Positions 1 to 10,641 are shown, counted from the whole stretch's first letter. The stretch is DNA of 63,483 bases, filler included, from 5 parts of 5 records of this genome joined end to end with filler, not necessarily neighbours in it; one strand, 5' to 3'. The notes: generated by a model not told the origin, from the sequence alone. Numbers and translations are program-made.

Positions 1-225
1 GTAGCCTCGTCCACTACCAATAAACTGCCTGCTTTCACGCCCTTTGCAGCCGTAGCGACCGTTCCAGCGAAACTTTCTCCACATTTCTTTTGGCTTCGCT
101 GTAAGCCCGGCGTTTGAGGCCAGTATTCATCATCAAGGAGCGCAGCGGTCCCGGATGCCGGGCTACGCGCCCGCGCGAGTAATACCATCCAATCCCAACA
201 CCCCAAACCATAGAAGGATCGAATC

Positions 226-1206
226 ATGGAAGTGCTCATCGTTCACGCTCATCACGAAGCCAAGAGTTTTTCTTCAGCACTGAAAGACCAAGCGATCAGG
301 ACGCTCGAAGCGGCGGGGCACAACGTCGTCGTCTCAGATTTGTATGCAATGGGCTTCGACCCTGTGTCGGACCGTCGCAATTTCTCTTCTACCAAGGACG
401 CGGACTATCTGAAGCAACAGGCCGAGGAATCGCACGCTTCCGAAGTGGACGGATTTGCTCCGGAAGTTGAAAACGAGATTCGCAAACTAGAGAAAGCGGA
501 CGCCGTCATCTTCAGTTATCCACTGTGGTGGTTCGGCACACCGGCAATCCTGAAGGGCTGGATCGACCGCGTTCTGGTTGCTGGTCGGGTGTACGGAGGC
601 GCAAAGCTTTATGAAAACGGAGTTGGCGGCAGCAAGAAACGTGGCATGGTGCTGATGACCACCGGCGGCGGACCGCAGGCATACGACGGCTGGGGGCTGA
701 ATCCGTCGCTAGACATCATTCTTGCACCGATCCAGCACGGAACTTTCTGGTTCAACGGAATCCGGCCGCTGGAGCCCTTCGTGGCTTGGTCGCCGGCACG
801 CATTGGGCAAGAAAGCCGTGAGGAGTACTTGAGAACGCTTGCGGGCAGGTTAGAAAACTTGTTCGACGAAGAGCCGCAAAAGTTGCCGCCGATGGCTGAC
901 TTTCCGAACTGGGGACACGACACAAAGAAGCGTTTCTTGGCAGTAGTCAGCCGAAAACGCCAGCCCGATGCCCGCTACCGCGAATTGGTTCCGGCGGAGC
1001 TAGAGGAATTGAAGCGACTGAAGCGCGAGGGACACCTGCTCCAATACGATCTCGCTCCGCCGACCGCGACGGACTGGCGAGCGTTCCTGAAGTTTCGAGC
1101 CGACGATGAGGCCGCTGTTGAATCGCTCCTGGGCGATCTGCCGCTTGCTGAATACTTAACGCACACGATCACCGAAATCGCTCCGGTTGCCGTGGACGAA
1201 AATTAA
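226..1206 (+). CDS. NAD(P)H-dependent quinone oxidoreductase (flavodoxin-2 fold) with C-terminal muconolactone-isomerase-like extension
   Basis: Motifs HAHHEAKSFS, SDLYAMGFDP, YPLWWFGTPAILKGWIDRV and TTGG are typical of the NQO/KefF/MdaB family; about 90 extra residues end in LLGDLPLAEYL. AGAAGGA RBS upstream. Confidence 0.85.
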   Translation: MEVLIVHAHHEAKSFSSALKDQAIRTLEAAGHNVVVSDLYAMGFDPVSDRRNFSSTKDADYLKQQAEESHASEVDGFAPEVENEIRKLEKADAVIFSYPLWWFGTPAILKGWIDRVLVAGRVYGGAKLYENGVGGSKKRGMVLMTTGGGPQAYDGWGLNPSLDIILAPIQHGTFWFNGIRPLEPFVAWSPARIGQESREEYLRTLAGRLENLFDEEPQKLPPMADFPNWGHDTKKRFLAVVSRKRQPDARYRELVPAELEELKRLKREGHLLQYDLAPPTATDWRAFLKFRADDEAAVESLLGDLPLAEYLTHTITEIAPVAVDEN

Positions 1207-1317
1207 ATCTGGGCAGTTTGGAGTTTCTCCAGAGCGACCTGTAAGACTCGGACGACCGCCTGGTATTCCCTTTTGAATCCGCCATCCGGCCATTGAAAAG
1301 GGAAACTTGCCGTGAAT

Positions 1318-4300
1318 ATGATCAAAGCCTCAGTCAGCCAACCCATTACCATCGCAGTCGGCGTCATCCTGTCGCTGATGGCCGGAATGGTCGCACTTCG
1401 CAACGTGCCGATCCGCATGGCTCCCGAAGTTGACTCGGTGGTCATTGCCGTCGGCACCGCTTGGGAAAACGCTTCGGCCGAAGAGATCGAGTCTGATGTC
1501 ATCGAAGAACAAGAGAAGTACCTGGGCGACGTCGCCAATCTAACTTCGATGACCAGTATCGCTCGTTCAGGTCGAGGTGCGATTCGGTTGCAGTTTCGCA
1601 CCGGCACCGATATCGACGAAGCGATGGCTGAAGTCGATCAGAAGCTAAGCGAAGTGCCACGCTACCCTTTGGGAGTCGATGAACCGGAGGTTGAAGCGGT
1701 CGATCCCGAAAGCGTCGACTACATCGCGTGGGTTGGACTCAGTAGTGATGATCCGAACTTTGACGTAACTACCTTGTTCGACTTCATGGACCGCCGCATG
1801 AGGCCCGTGTTCGAGCGAATTCCTGGCATTTCCCAAGTTGGCATGTTGGGCGCTCGCGAATCGGAAGTGCAAGTAGTCGTGGACCCAATCGCACTCGCCG
1901 CCCGCGGACTGACTTACGCCGATCTGATCGAAGCGCTCGAGGTCAATAATGCGAACTACTCTGCGGGCAAAGTCACCGACGGGAAGAACGATATCCGCGT
2001 AAGGACCCTCGGCCGGTTCAAGGACGCCGATTCAGTACAGGATCTTGTTCTGCGTCGCGACGAAGCAGGTCCGATCTACGTCCGCGATGTCGCCAGCGTC
2101 CAAACCGGTTACAAAGAAATGACCGAGTGGGTGCGGGCTCGCGGGAACTTGATGCCCTTCTTCAATTTCCAGCTTGAGACCGGCGGCAACATGCTGGACA
2201 CGATGTCGGAACTTCAAGCCGAGATCGCGAGCATGAATGGCTCAGGAGGCTTGCTGGCTCAGCAGGCGAACATTTTGCAAGCCGAAGGCCGGTTAGCCCC
2301 AGACGCACGGCTCGAACTCGTCCAAACCTGGGACTCTTCCACGTATGTCAAAGATTCACTGGCTCTGGTGCAAAGCAACATTCTGGCCGGAGGCGTGCTC
2401 GCAACCATCGTCCTTCTGCTATTCCTGCGTAGCGTTCGCACCGTCGGCATTATCGCAGTCGCAATTCCGCTGTCCGTGATCGGCACCATTGTGATTCTGT
2501 TGTCGCTCGGTCGCAGCGTGAATATCATCTCTCTAGCAGGCATGGCTTTCGCTGTCGGGATGGTCGTGGACAATGCAATCGTAGTCATTGAGAACATCTT
2601 TCGGCATTTGCAAACCGGCAGCTCTCCGAAGAAAGCGGCCTACGAAGGTACCAAAGAAGTTGCCGGTGCCGTTTTGGCTTCAACCTTAACTACGTTGGTC
2701 GTATTTGCTCCGGTTCTTTTGATTGAAGAAGCTGCTGGGCAGTTGTTCCGTGACATCGCCTTGGCCATCATGGCTGCGGTTGGGCTGAGTTTGATCGTCT
2801 CGCTGACCGTCATTCCCTCAGCGGCGGGTGTTCTTCTCAAGCCAATGAAACCGAAGAAAGAAGACTTGGAAGAACTTCGCAAGTCTGGTGAGTTGGTCGC
2901 TCTGAAGCCGCAGTCAAAAAGCCGGCTCGCTCGTGCGGTCACTGCGATGATCAATACCACTCGAAGAGTGACCGACGTGCCAAGGATTCTTGGCGGAGTC
3001 GTCGGTTTCTTGATCGGCGGTTGGGTGCGACGAATCGTAACGGCCACCGCTTTCATTGCAGTGACTGCAGTTGGAATTTACCTGCTGGTTCCACCGCTGG
3101 ACTACCTACCCAAAGGAAATCGCAATTTAGTTTTCAGCGTGATGGTGCCTCCGCCAGGGTACAGCGTCGATCAACTGTTCAAAGTTGGACAACGAATCGA
3201 ACCCAAGATCGCTCCAGCGTGGGAATCTGCCGGTGACCGCTTCGCAATCGAGGAAGTGCGTAGAGGGTGGCCGAATCCGATGAGTGACCATGGTATCGAA
3301 CTACCACTGGGCACCGAAGACGGCGCGAGTGTCGATGCACCGCTGCTGGACCACTACTTTATGGTTGCTCGCGAAGGTCGCATTTTCCAGGCGGCAATTC
3401 CGGTGGACGCAACGAAAACGCCCGACGCACTGCCACTGCTTGAAAACGCGATGGGCGGCGGTGCGGCTCCCGACACACCCTACTTCTCGTTCCAATTCCC
3501 GTTGTTCCGCACCGGCGGTACGACCGGAGCGGCAATCAAGATTGACGTCGTGGGCGATTCACTCGACGAAGTCGTCGACGCAGCCGGAGCTCTGATGGGC
3601 GATCTTGTAAGTGACTATGGTCCGCAGAGTACGAACCCTTCACCAAGCAACTTTACATTGCCTACGCCTGAGATTCGCGTCACACCGATCGATGAACGTC
3701 TGCAAGACGCTGGACTCACCCGCCGCGACGTCGGCTTGGCAACGCAAGCGTCGGGTGATGGAATCCTCATTCCGCGACGATTCGAACGCGGTGGCGAGCT
3801 TAAGGATTTGAAGATCATCAATGAGGAGGCTCTCGGCGAGGCTCCGGTGCATTCAATGATGAATGCACCAGTGGCAACCCGCCGCGACGGAGTCATTGAC
3901 CTAGCCAGCGTTGCGGACGTTGACCGCGTGCGAGTGCAAGATCAGATTCGCCACGTGGATCGCCAACGGGCTGTCACGCTTGAATTGACTCCACCAGCCG
4001 ACGTGCCGCTTGCGGCAGTGGTCGATCAGTTGAACCAGAAAGTTGCCGAGCTTCGCGACTCTGGTGCGATTCCTCCGAGTGTGGATGTGAACTTCGCTGG
4101 GTCGGCAGGCAGTCTGTCGGAGATCAAGACGGCACTGATTGGTGACGGTTCGTTGGTCGGAACGCTTGGCAGTTCGCTGTTCCTCGCTTTTGCGATCGTT
4201 TACTTGCTGATGGTCGTCCTGTTTCAAAGCTGGACATATCCGCTGGTCATCATGATCAGTGTTCCACTGGCGACGCTTGGCGGCTTCATTGGTTTGTCGC

Positions 4301-4776
4301 TCGTGCACAGTTGGACGGCGGCTGACCGTTACTTGCCAGTGCAGAATATGGACGTCCTCACAATTCTTGGTTTTGTGATCCTTGCGGGCGTGGTCGTCAA
4401 CAATGCCATTCTGATCGTCCACCAAGCACTCAACTTTCGTCGCGGCGGCGTTGATGAGGACGGTGTTGATAGCGACGGCAACGCGGTGAGTACGGACGCT
4501 AATCAAGCAATCGTTCGTTCGGTGCAAAGTCGTGTGCGTCCTATTTTGATGAGTACTCTGACCAGTGTCGGCGGCATGCTTCCCCTCGTTTTCTTAACCG
4601 GCCCCGGCAGCGAGCTTTATCGCGGTCTCGGCGCAGTCATTACAGGTGGTCTACTCGTATCGACCATCTTCACCGTCTTCCTCGTTCCCGTCGTACTCAG
4701 TATGGTTTTTGACCTCGGAAGTAAACGCGGCAAAGAAGAAGCGACCACCGATGGCGATGCGTCAATGGCCGCTTAG
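1318..4776 (+). CDS. RND efflux transporter permease (AcrB/AcrD/AcrF family)
   Basis: About 1150 aa with two large periplasmic loops and 12 TM-like segments; GMVVDNAIVVIENI and RVRPILMST motifs. Start GTG 1312 or ATG 1318. Confidence 0.95.
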   Translation: MIKASVSQPITIAVGVILSLMAGMVALRNVPIRMAPEVDSVVIAVGTAWENASAEEIESDVIEEQEKYLGDVANLTSMTSIARSGRGAIRLQFRTGTDIDEAMAEVDQKLSEVPRYPLGVDEPEVEAVDPESVDYIAWVGLSSDDPNFDVTTLFDFMDRRMRPVFERIPGISQVGMLGARESEVQVVVDPIALAARGLTYADLIEALEVNNANYSAGKVTDGKNDIRVRTLGRFKDADSVQDLVLRRDEAGPIYVRDVASVQTGYKEMTEWVRARGNLMPFFNFQLETGGNMLDTMSELQAEIASMNGSGGLLAQQANILQAEGRLAPDARLELVQTWDSSTYVKDSLALVQSNILAGGVLATIVLLLFLRSVRTVGIIAVAIPLSVIGTIVILLSLGRSVNIISLAGMAFAVGMVVDNAIVVIENIFRHLQTGSSPKKAAYEGTKEVAGAVLASTLTTLVVFAPVLLIEEAAGQLFRDIALAIMAAVGLSLIVSLTVIPSAAGVLLKPMKPKKEDLEELRKSGELVALKPQSKSRLARAVTAMINTTRRVTDVPRILGGVVGFLIGGWVRRIVTATAFIAVTAVGIYLLVPPLDYLPKGNRNLVFSVMVPPPGYSVDQLFKVGQRIEPKIAPAWESAGDRFAIEEVRRGWPNPMSDHGIELPLGTEDGASVDAPLLDHYFMVAREGRIFQAAIPVDATKTPDALPLLENAMGGGAAPDTPYFSFQFPLFRTGGTTGAAIKIDVVGDSLDEVVDAAGALMGDLVSDYGPQSTNPSPSNFTLPTPEIRVTPIDERLQDAGLTRRDVGLATQASGDGILIPRRFERGGELKDLKIINEEALGEAPVHSMMNAPVATRRDGVIDLASVADVDRVRVQDQIRHVDRQRAVTLELTPPADVPLAAVVDQLNQKVAELRDSGAIPPSVDVNFAGSAGSLSEIKTALIGDGSLVGTLGSSLFLAFAIVYLLMVVLFQSWTYPLVIMISVPLATLGGFIGLSLVHSWTAADRYLPVQNMDVLTILGFVILAGVVVNNAILIVHQALNFRRGGVDEDGVDSDGNAVSTDANQAIVRSVQSRVRPILMSTLTSVGGMLPLVFLTGPGSELYRGLGAVITGGLLVSTIFTVFLVPVVLSMVFDLGSKRGKEEATTDGDASMAA

Positions 4777-4988
4777 AAGATTGGGACAGATTCAGTGAGG
4801 TGAGTGGCGACCTGAAAGCTCTTGTCGGCCGCAACTATCCGGGCGAGACTTCTGTGAGAGACCTGTGCGCTAAGAGAAATTGAGGGGCACCCGTTTAACG
4901 CAACTTGCGGTTGTAAGAAATGGCCGAGTAAAATGCTTCAGTAGTTCGCTAGAAATTGACTTGAACAATTGTAAATCGGGACGTCGCG

Positions 4989-5393
4989 ATGATACAAAGA
5001 AACTTGACTTTGTCGAATCGCAATGCTGCAGAGGTCAAACGAATTGTGCATTCGGCATTCCGGTCGAGGGCATGCGAGGTGATGGTTACCGGCGACGAAA
5101 ATGTTGTCGAATTCAGCGGTTTCCGAGGTGCTTCTAACCTGCTTAAAGGGTTTGGCAAGATTGCGATTGACGATGTCGACGGAAAGACAACGGTGCGGCT
5201 CGAGATTAACGAGATGCTGGCGACCACGCTTTGCACAATTCTGTTCATCGTTTTTCTGGTCGCTGCGTTCTTCACCGTCGGCATGACCCTGGCGTTGTAC
5301 TTGATCTTGCGTGACAGTGCCAGCACAAGCGTCGTAACTGAGTTCGACCGAGTGTTCGAAGAGACTTCGCGTGAGCTGGGCAACGATTTGTAG
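4989..5393 (+). CDS. hypothetical membrane protein
   Basis: 134-aa ORF with a long hydrophobic C-terminal stretch, filling the gap between flanking genes. Confidence 0.55.
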   Translation: MIQRNLTLSNRNAAEVKRIVHSAFRSRACEVMVTGDENVVEFSGFRGASNLLKGFGKIAIDDVDGKTTVRLEINEMLATTLCTILFIVFLVAAFFTVGMTLALYLILRDSASTSVVTEFDRVFEETSRELGNDL

Positions 5394-5465
5394 GGCGGTT
5401 AGCCAGTTTCTCCGAGCGTCGCGGCATGAAAACGGCAAACCGGCGAGAGTTTGGCTAGCTGCCGC

Positions 5466-6407
5466 TTAAGCGTTGTCTCTGATCACTTCGATAAGCTCGA
5501 GCATCGATTCGCTTAGAAGGCGACCGCGTCGCCACATAAATACGATCTGGCGGTCGCCAAGCTGCTCGCGGAGCGACGTTACGTAGAGTGATTTGCAGAG
5601 CTGGCCGTCGATCCGGCCAGCAAGTATGCCCACACCAATTCCGCTTGAAGCGCAGGCCACAGTGAACCCACTGTTGTCGGTCTCTACGGCAATCTGTGCC
5701 TCCAGCCCAGCGGAATGCAGTGCTTGGTCGAGTGCGTCACGGCCGTGTGTGCCTGGCAATGTCACGACGAGGTCGTGTTGTACGAGCTCTTCTAAAGTGG
5801 TTGACTTCGTCTTTGCAAACGGGTGCGACTTTTTCGCAGCCGCTATAAACTCCACCTTGTAAGCGGGCTCGTAGGTTAGAAGCGGGTTTTCCTTTTGAAA
5901 GCCAGGTGCGAGAGTCAGTGCAAGATCGGCATCGCCGGAGAGCAGCAACTCTTCGGCACGGGTGTTGTTGCCGTGTCGCAGAATTAGTTGCGATCGGTTG
6001 CTCCTTCGAAACTGTTCGATGTGTGGAGCAAGATCTTCGAGCAGCATTCGAACGCCGCTGACAATTCGGATCGGCTGTTCGCCTTGCTCGGCGGTCGCGA
6101 GTGAGAATGTAGACTGCGTTCGAACCAAAATCTCGTCGATGGCTCCGTACAATCTCTTCGCGGCTGAAGTTGGCGATACTTGGCGACCGGATTTTTCGAA
6201 CAACTTCGTATCGTATATTCGCTCCAAGCTGCGAATTTGTTGCCAAACGCTGGGGACGGAAAGGTTGGTTTTCTTGGCCGCGGCAGCATAACCACCTTCA
6301 TCCATGACGTATTTGAACGTCCGCAATTGTTGAAGCGATATCTCTTGCAACCGGCCGTTGTCTAGCAGCTCGTCAGGATTGTTGGTGTCTTTCGGCCGCC
6401 GCGCCAT
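5466..6407 (-). CDS. LysR-family transcriptional regulator
   Basis: N-terminal HTH (LQQLRTF...AAAKKTNLSVPSVWQQIRSLE...LFEKSGR) plus a substrate-binding domain; divergent from an MFS gene. Confidence 0.95.
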   Translation of the reverse strand: MARRPKDTNNPDELLDNGRLQEISLQQLRTFKYVMDEGGYAAAAKKTNLSVPSVWQQIRSLERIYDTKLFEKSGRQVSPTSAAKRLYGAIDEILVRTQSTFSLATAEQGEQPIRIVSGVRMLLEDLAPHIEQFRRSNRSQLILRHGNNTRAEELLLSGDADLALTLAPGFQKENPLLTYEPAYKVEFIAAAKKSHPFAKTKSTTLEELVQHDLVVTLPGTHGRDALDQALHSAGLEAQIAVETDNSGFTVACASSGIGVGILAGRIDGQLCKSLYVTSLREQLGDRQIVFMWRRGRLLSESMLELIEVIRDNA

Positions 6408-6435
6408 GCTTTTGCTCTCGCTAATGCAATTTCAA

Positions 6436-6456
6436 GTTTGTTTTATTGTAACAAAC
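6436..6456. promoter_or_regulatory. dyad GTTTGTT-N7-AACAAAC, candidate LysR operator
   Basis: Perfect 7-bp inverted repeat in the short divergent lysR/MFS intergenic region. Confidence 0.4.
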
Positions 6457-6506
6457 GAAGATGGCGATAGAATGACGCCACGCGAAAATGCACTTAAACA
6501 TCTCCT

Positions 6507-7967
6507 GTGGCGGAAACATTGCAGATGGACAACACGGCTGCAACTAGACAGCGGTACTTCTTGGTGTTCTTGTTGTTCCTGCACACGGTGAACACCTACA
6601 TGGACCGCGTCTGCATATCGTCCGCAAAAGGGGCCATGCAAGACGACATCAGCGGTTTAGATGACCAAATGATGGGGTACGTGTTTGGTATATTCGCAAT
6701 CGGATACGCGTTGTTCCAAATTCCTGCCGGTTGGTTCAGCGACCGAGCCGGACCGAGACGAGCGTTAACGATCGTTGTCATTATCTGGAGCATCTTTACG
6801 GCGCTCAGTGGCGCGGTGTATACCGCAATTTCGCTGCTGGTTGTGCGGTTCCTGTTTGGTGCTGGCGAAGCTGGTGCCTATCCCGGTGCGACTCGTGCTC
6901 TCTACAGTTGGTTGCCGGCCAAAGAGCGCGGATTCGGCCAGGGTATCTTTCACTCCGGTGCACGCGTCGGAGCAGCAGCATCGTTGGCGATTATGCCCAC
7001 GATAATCGAGGCGATAGGATGGCGTTACACGTTCTTTGCCAACGCTGCGATTGGGCTGGTATGGGGCGGAGTGTGGTGGATCTGGTACCGAAACGAGCCC
7101 TCGGAGCATAAGAAAGTCAACGCGGCGGAAGCTGATTTGATTCGCCGTGGAATTGAAGAAGAGCAAGATGCCGAGCAGGATGCGATTCCATACATCCACG
7201 TCGTGACGAGCGCAAATGTCTTGCTGGCAATGATGCAATATGCGGCTAGCAACATTACGTTTTTCATCAGTATCACGTGGCTACAAGGCTACATTCTTGA
7301 CACCTGGGGGAAGGAGAAGGCCTGGGCGGCATCGATTCCGCTGCTCGCCGGCGCGGTTGCCTTGTGGGCGAGTGGCTACGTAGTGACACGTCTACACAAA
7401 ATGGGGTACCACACTCTCTCCCGAAGACTCCCCGCAATGACTGGGTACGTTATTGGGGCTGTCGGGTTATTCCTGACCGCACAGACGGTTACATCGGATT
7501 CGATTTGGCCATTCATTACGTGCTTCACGATTGCAATCTTCGGCGTTGAGATGACGCTTAGTCCAAGTTGGGCTTTTTGCATGGACATTGGTGGAACCCG
7601 CAGCGGTGCAGTTTCGGCAGCGATGAACATGATCGGAAACATGGGCGCAGCCCTAAGTGCCGTCTTGTTCCCATTCTTTGTTGCATACGTCACGATACCG
7701 TATCTTGCCGACGCCCCTGGGACTCCCGCCGCGTTCTTTATTTTCGCCGCGTGCGTGAACGTCTTAGCCGTAGTTGCGTGGATGTTCATGACTCCACGGC
7801 GGAAGCTCAAGGCGGTGTCGCCGCAAGCATTGAAGTTGCGATTGATCGCATTCATCCTGCTGATCGTCGTCGTCGTGAGTGCGTTGGTTTACACCAAGTT
7901 CGTGTTCAAGGCTCCCGAAAAGGAAGAGAAAAAGCAGGCCCTTTCGGCGCAGTCGTTTTACGTTTGA
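6507..7967 (+). CDS. MFS transporter, anion:cation symporter (glucarate/galactonate-like)
   Basis: NTYMDRVCIS, GYALFQIPAGWFSDRAGPRR and RFLFGAGEAGAYP motifs; 12+ TM segments; alternative ATG at 6525. Confidence 0.9.
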   Translation: MAETLQMDNTAATRQRYFLVFLLFLHTVNTYMDRVCISSAKGAMQDDISGLDDQMMGYVFGIFAIGYALFQIPAGWFSDRAGPRRALTIVVIIWSIFTALSGAVYTAISLLVVRFLFGAGEAGAYPGATRALYSWLPAKERGFGQGIFHSGARVGAAASLAIMPTIIEAIGWRYTFFANAAIGLVWGGVWWIWYRNEPSEHKKVNAAEADLIRRGIEEEQDAEQDAIPYIHVVTSANVLLAMMQYAASNITFFISITWLQGYILDTWGKEKAWAASIPLLAGAVALWASGYVVTRLHKMGYHTLSRRLPAMTGYVIGAVGLFLTAQTVTSDSIWPFITCFTIAIFGVEMTLSPSWAFCMDIGGTRSGAVSAAMNMIGNMGAALSAVLFPFFVAYVTIPYLADAPGTPAAFFIFAACVNVLAVVAWMFMTPRRKLKAVSPQALKLRLIAFILLIVVVVSALVYTKFVFKAPEKEEKKQALSAQSFYV

Positions 7968-8105
7968 AGCTGTTTTCATCTTCGGATTCATCGGCTAGGC
8001 TAGGTGGATCGTCGGTACGTGTTGCGTCGCGATTCGATCGAACCGGAGACGGTGTTTTCTGCCCACAGACCGCATGCAGTTGCCAGCCAAAAAGACAAAC
8101 TAAGA

Positions 8106-9083
8106 ATGGATGTTGAACTGCGAACATTTCGTAACACGGACTTTAGTGAGTTAGTTCGTGTTTGGAATTCGCACCATCGCGATCTCGGTGAGCATTGCCA
8201 AATCCAAGGGCTTCACCTCGAACTGTCTTGTCTGTCGAAACCCTATTTCGACGAAACAGACTGTCTTATCGCGACTCTCGAACGCAAGGTAGTCGGATTT
8301 GCCGTACTGGGGTACGCTGCCAACGGTAGCATGGATGACTTGAATGCTGGATCGGCCAACATTGCGGCAATGTGCGTTGAGGCCGAGGGCGATGGAAGAG
8401 TTGCAAACCGTGACATCGTCGCGCGGTCGTTAATTGACGGCCTTACCAAGTTGGCGAAGTCGCGGGGGGCTGAACGATTGTCGTTCCGCGCAAGCTTTCC
8501 ATCTGTGGGCCTGTTTCTGGGGCTTGGGCCGGGAGGATCGATGATTGGCCTGACCAATGCCGAAAGCGACACGTTGGGTTGGTTGACCAATGACGGCTTC
8601 CGTGCCGTCGAAGAACTCTCTCTCTGGCATTTGGACCTGGCAAGTTTCCGACCCCCGGTCGATCGGCAGCAGATGCAAATTCGGCGCAAGGTGCAGGTCA
8701 ATCGTGATGTCGATGAGCCGCTTTTGCCGTGGTGGCAAGCGTGCATGTTGGGACACACTGACCCAACAAGCCTCCAAATGAGCTTGCGGGCAGAACGTCG
8801 CGTTGCCGGCGAAGTGCTATTTTGGACCGTGGCACCGGAACTGAAGACCGACCCGAACACTTATCTGTGGCTGTGGCCGCCAGCGGTCGAAAGCGACGGC
8901 GATAGCGCGGGGCACTTATTGTTCCTGATAGCTGAAAGTTTGAGAGAGTTTAGCAGCGAGCGGCTGGATACGGCGGTGGCGGTTTCAGCGGGCCACCAGA
9001 CGCAACTCAATGATATCTATCGAAAGCTTGGATTCGGCAGCGTCGAGAGTGGTCAGCTCTTGGAGAAGTCGCTGGAAGTTTGA
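8106..9083 (+). CDS. GNAT-fold putative N-acetyltransferase
   Basis: N-terminus LRTFRNTDFSELVRVWN, VVGFAVL strand and C-terminal IYRKLGF motif; probably two GNAT folds. ATG 8106 chosen as start. Confidence 0.6.
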   Translation: MDVELRTFRNTDFSELVRVWNSHHRDLGEHCQIQGLHLELSCLSKPYFDETDCLIATLERKVVGFAVLGYAANGSMDDLNAGSANIAAMCVEAEGDGRVANRDIVARSLIDGLTKLAKSRGAERLSFRASFPSVGLFLGLGPGGSMIGLTNAESDTLGWLTNDGFRAVEELSLWHLDLASFRPPVDRQQMQIRRKVQVNRDVDEPLLPWWQACMLGHTDPTSLQMSLRAERRVAGEVLFWTVAPELKTDPNTYLWLWPPAVESDGDSAGHLLFLIAESLREFSSERLDTAVAVSAGHQTQLNDIYRKLGFGSVESGQLLEKSLEV

Positions 9084-9164
9084 TCGGCGATACAGCCCCT
9101 CAACCTTCGAAGACGGGGCTCAACGGTTATCCGCCGACAAGCAAGCGCGAACGACCTGATCGAG

Positions 9165-10346
9165 TTAGCCGTTCTGTGGAATCCGCCCCGAGATGGCAGA
9201 TCTTTCCGGATTGTCCGCCAGCATCGGAAAGAATCGCTTCAGGCCCAAGATGGGGCGTTCTAGGCAGTACCAACTTATCACTGCCGCACCAAACGCCAGC
9301 GCAAACATGGTGAGCGGATACAGGACACACGCTACGTTGCGACTCGCGAACTGCTGTTCAAACAGCTCAACTGAAACCACTCCAGCAAGTAGCGGGATGA
9401 GAGGGTTTTGAAAGACGTACATTGCGTAAGAGTACTTGCCGAGGCTCCGCATCATTTTCAAATTCATGACCCTAGCCAATGGACTTGTGTCTTTGGACGA
9501 GATCAACGCGAGAAGAAAGCCGGCCCAGATCAAAGCCCAGACGGTGTGCGGAATTGTCAGCAGGCGACCACTGCTCAGCTTCATCGCAACACCGACGACC
9601 GAAAATAGCACGACGCAGCACAGTCCAATTGCGACTCCACGTCTGAGGATTGCCGTTTGGCGGGCCGCGATGGCTAAAGCGGCACCTAGCAGCAACGCGT
9701 CGCAACGAAATACGCTCAGTACGTCTGGAGCGAGATCATTTGTTGTGAGAGCTGTGAAAGCAACCCGCCCGAGCGCTGCGAGGCCTGCTACTCCCAAAGC
9801 GACCAAGAGCAGTCGTTTGTTTGGAAGTAGTAGGACGACCAGTGGCCAAAGCAGATAGAAGTGCTCCTCCACAGCCAACGACCAGAAGTGGTCGAGGTAG
9901 CCAAAGCACCAACTGTTCTCGATCGTCATCTGTACATTGGTTAGGTAGGTCCACAGGTAGAACTGGCGATCCGCACCTTCGGCAAAGACTCCGCGAAAAG
10001 CTGGTGTTGCGGAAAGCAGGAGGAGGGCGGCGAGTGAAATGTAGTACAGTGGAAAAATGCGCAGCGAGCGACGAACCAGAAAGTTCCTTAGTATCGTGCC
10101 CAGTCCAGCAGATCTAGCGCTCCTGGCGGCGTCCACAAGCAGCCCTGTGATCAAGAAGCCGCTGAGCACGAAGAAGAGATCAACGCCGCGTTCTCCAAAG
10201 TAAAATGCACTGCGAAGGAAACCACCGACTAGCGAATCCTGCGGCAGCGACTTGGTGAATCGGTAGCACGTGACGATCAGAATCGCCAATCCACGCAAGC
10301 CATCTAGCTGCGTAATGTGCTTACTCGGTTCCCAGATTCGATCCAT
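9165..10346 (-). CDS. acyltransferase family 3 (OafA-like membrane O-acyltransferase)
   Basis: LDGLRGLAILIV, GVDLFFVLSGFLIT, RRSLRIFP, HFWSLAVEEHFYLLWP and LGKYSYAMY motifs. Confidence 0.93.
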   Translation of the reverse strand: MDRIWEPSKHITQLDGLRGLAILIVTCYRFTKSLPQDSLVGGFLRSAFYFGERGVDLFFVLSGFLITGLLVDAARSARSAGLGTILRNFLVRRSLRIFPLYYISLAALLLLSATPAFRGVFAEGADRQFYLWTYLTNVQMTIENSWCFGYLDHFWSLAVEEHFYLLWPLVVLLLPNKRLLLVALGVAGLAALGRVAFTALTTNDLAPDVLSVFRCDALLLGAALAIAARQTAILRRGVAIGLCCVVLFSVVGVAMKLSSGRLLTIPHTVWALIWAGFLLALISSKDTSPLARVMNLKMMRSLGKYSYAMYVFQNPLIPLLAGVVSVELFEQQFASRNVACVLYPLTMFALAFGAAVISWYCLERPILGLKRFFPMLADNPERSAISGRIPQNG

Positions 10347-10641
10347 TGTGGTCAGCTATTCGGATTCGGACGTTCGGCGAAACACTAATGACGTGCTTTA
10401 AACGCTAGGTTGCCGCTTTGCATCCACGGCTTCCCTTCGGCCCCAATTTCTGACCTCCCAAACAATTGCTGCGGCATCTTCGTTACAGGCAGCACAATCG
10501 GTCAGAGATGTTGCCAACGAGCGAGCGACTACGACAAGATCCGCTTGCGCATGAAAAAAGCCCTGATGGAAACCATGGCCATAGTGCCACGGTCTATCAT
10601 CAGAGCTTGGACGCATTAAACCCGCGAGGGGCTGATTGAGT

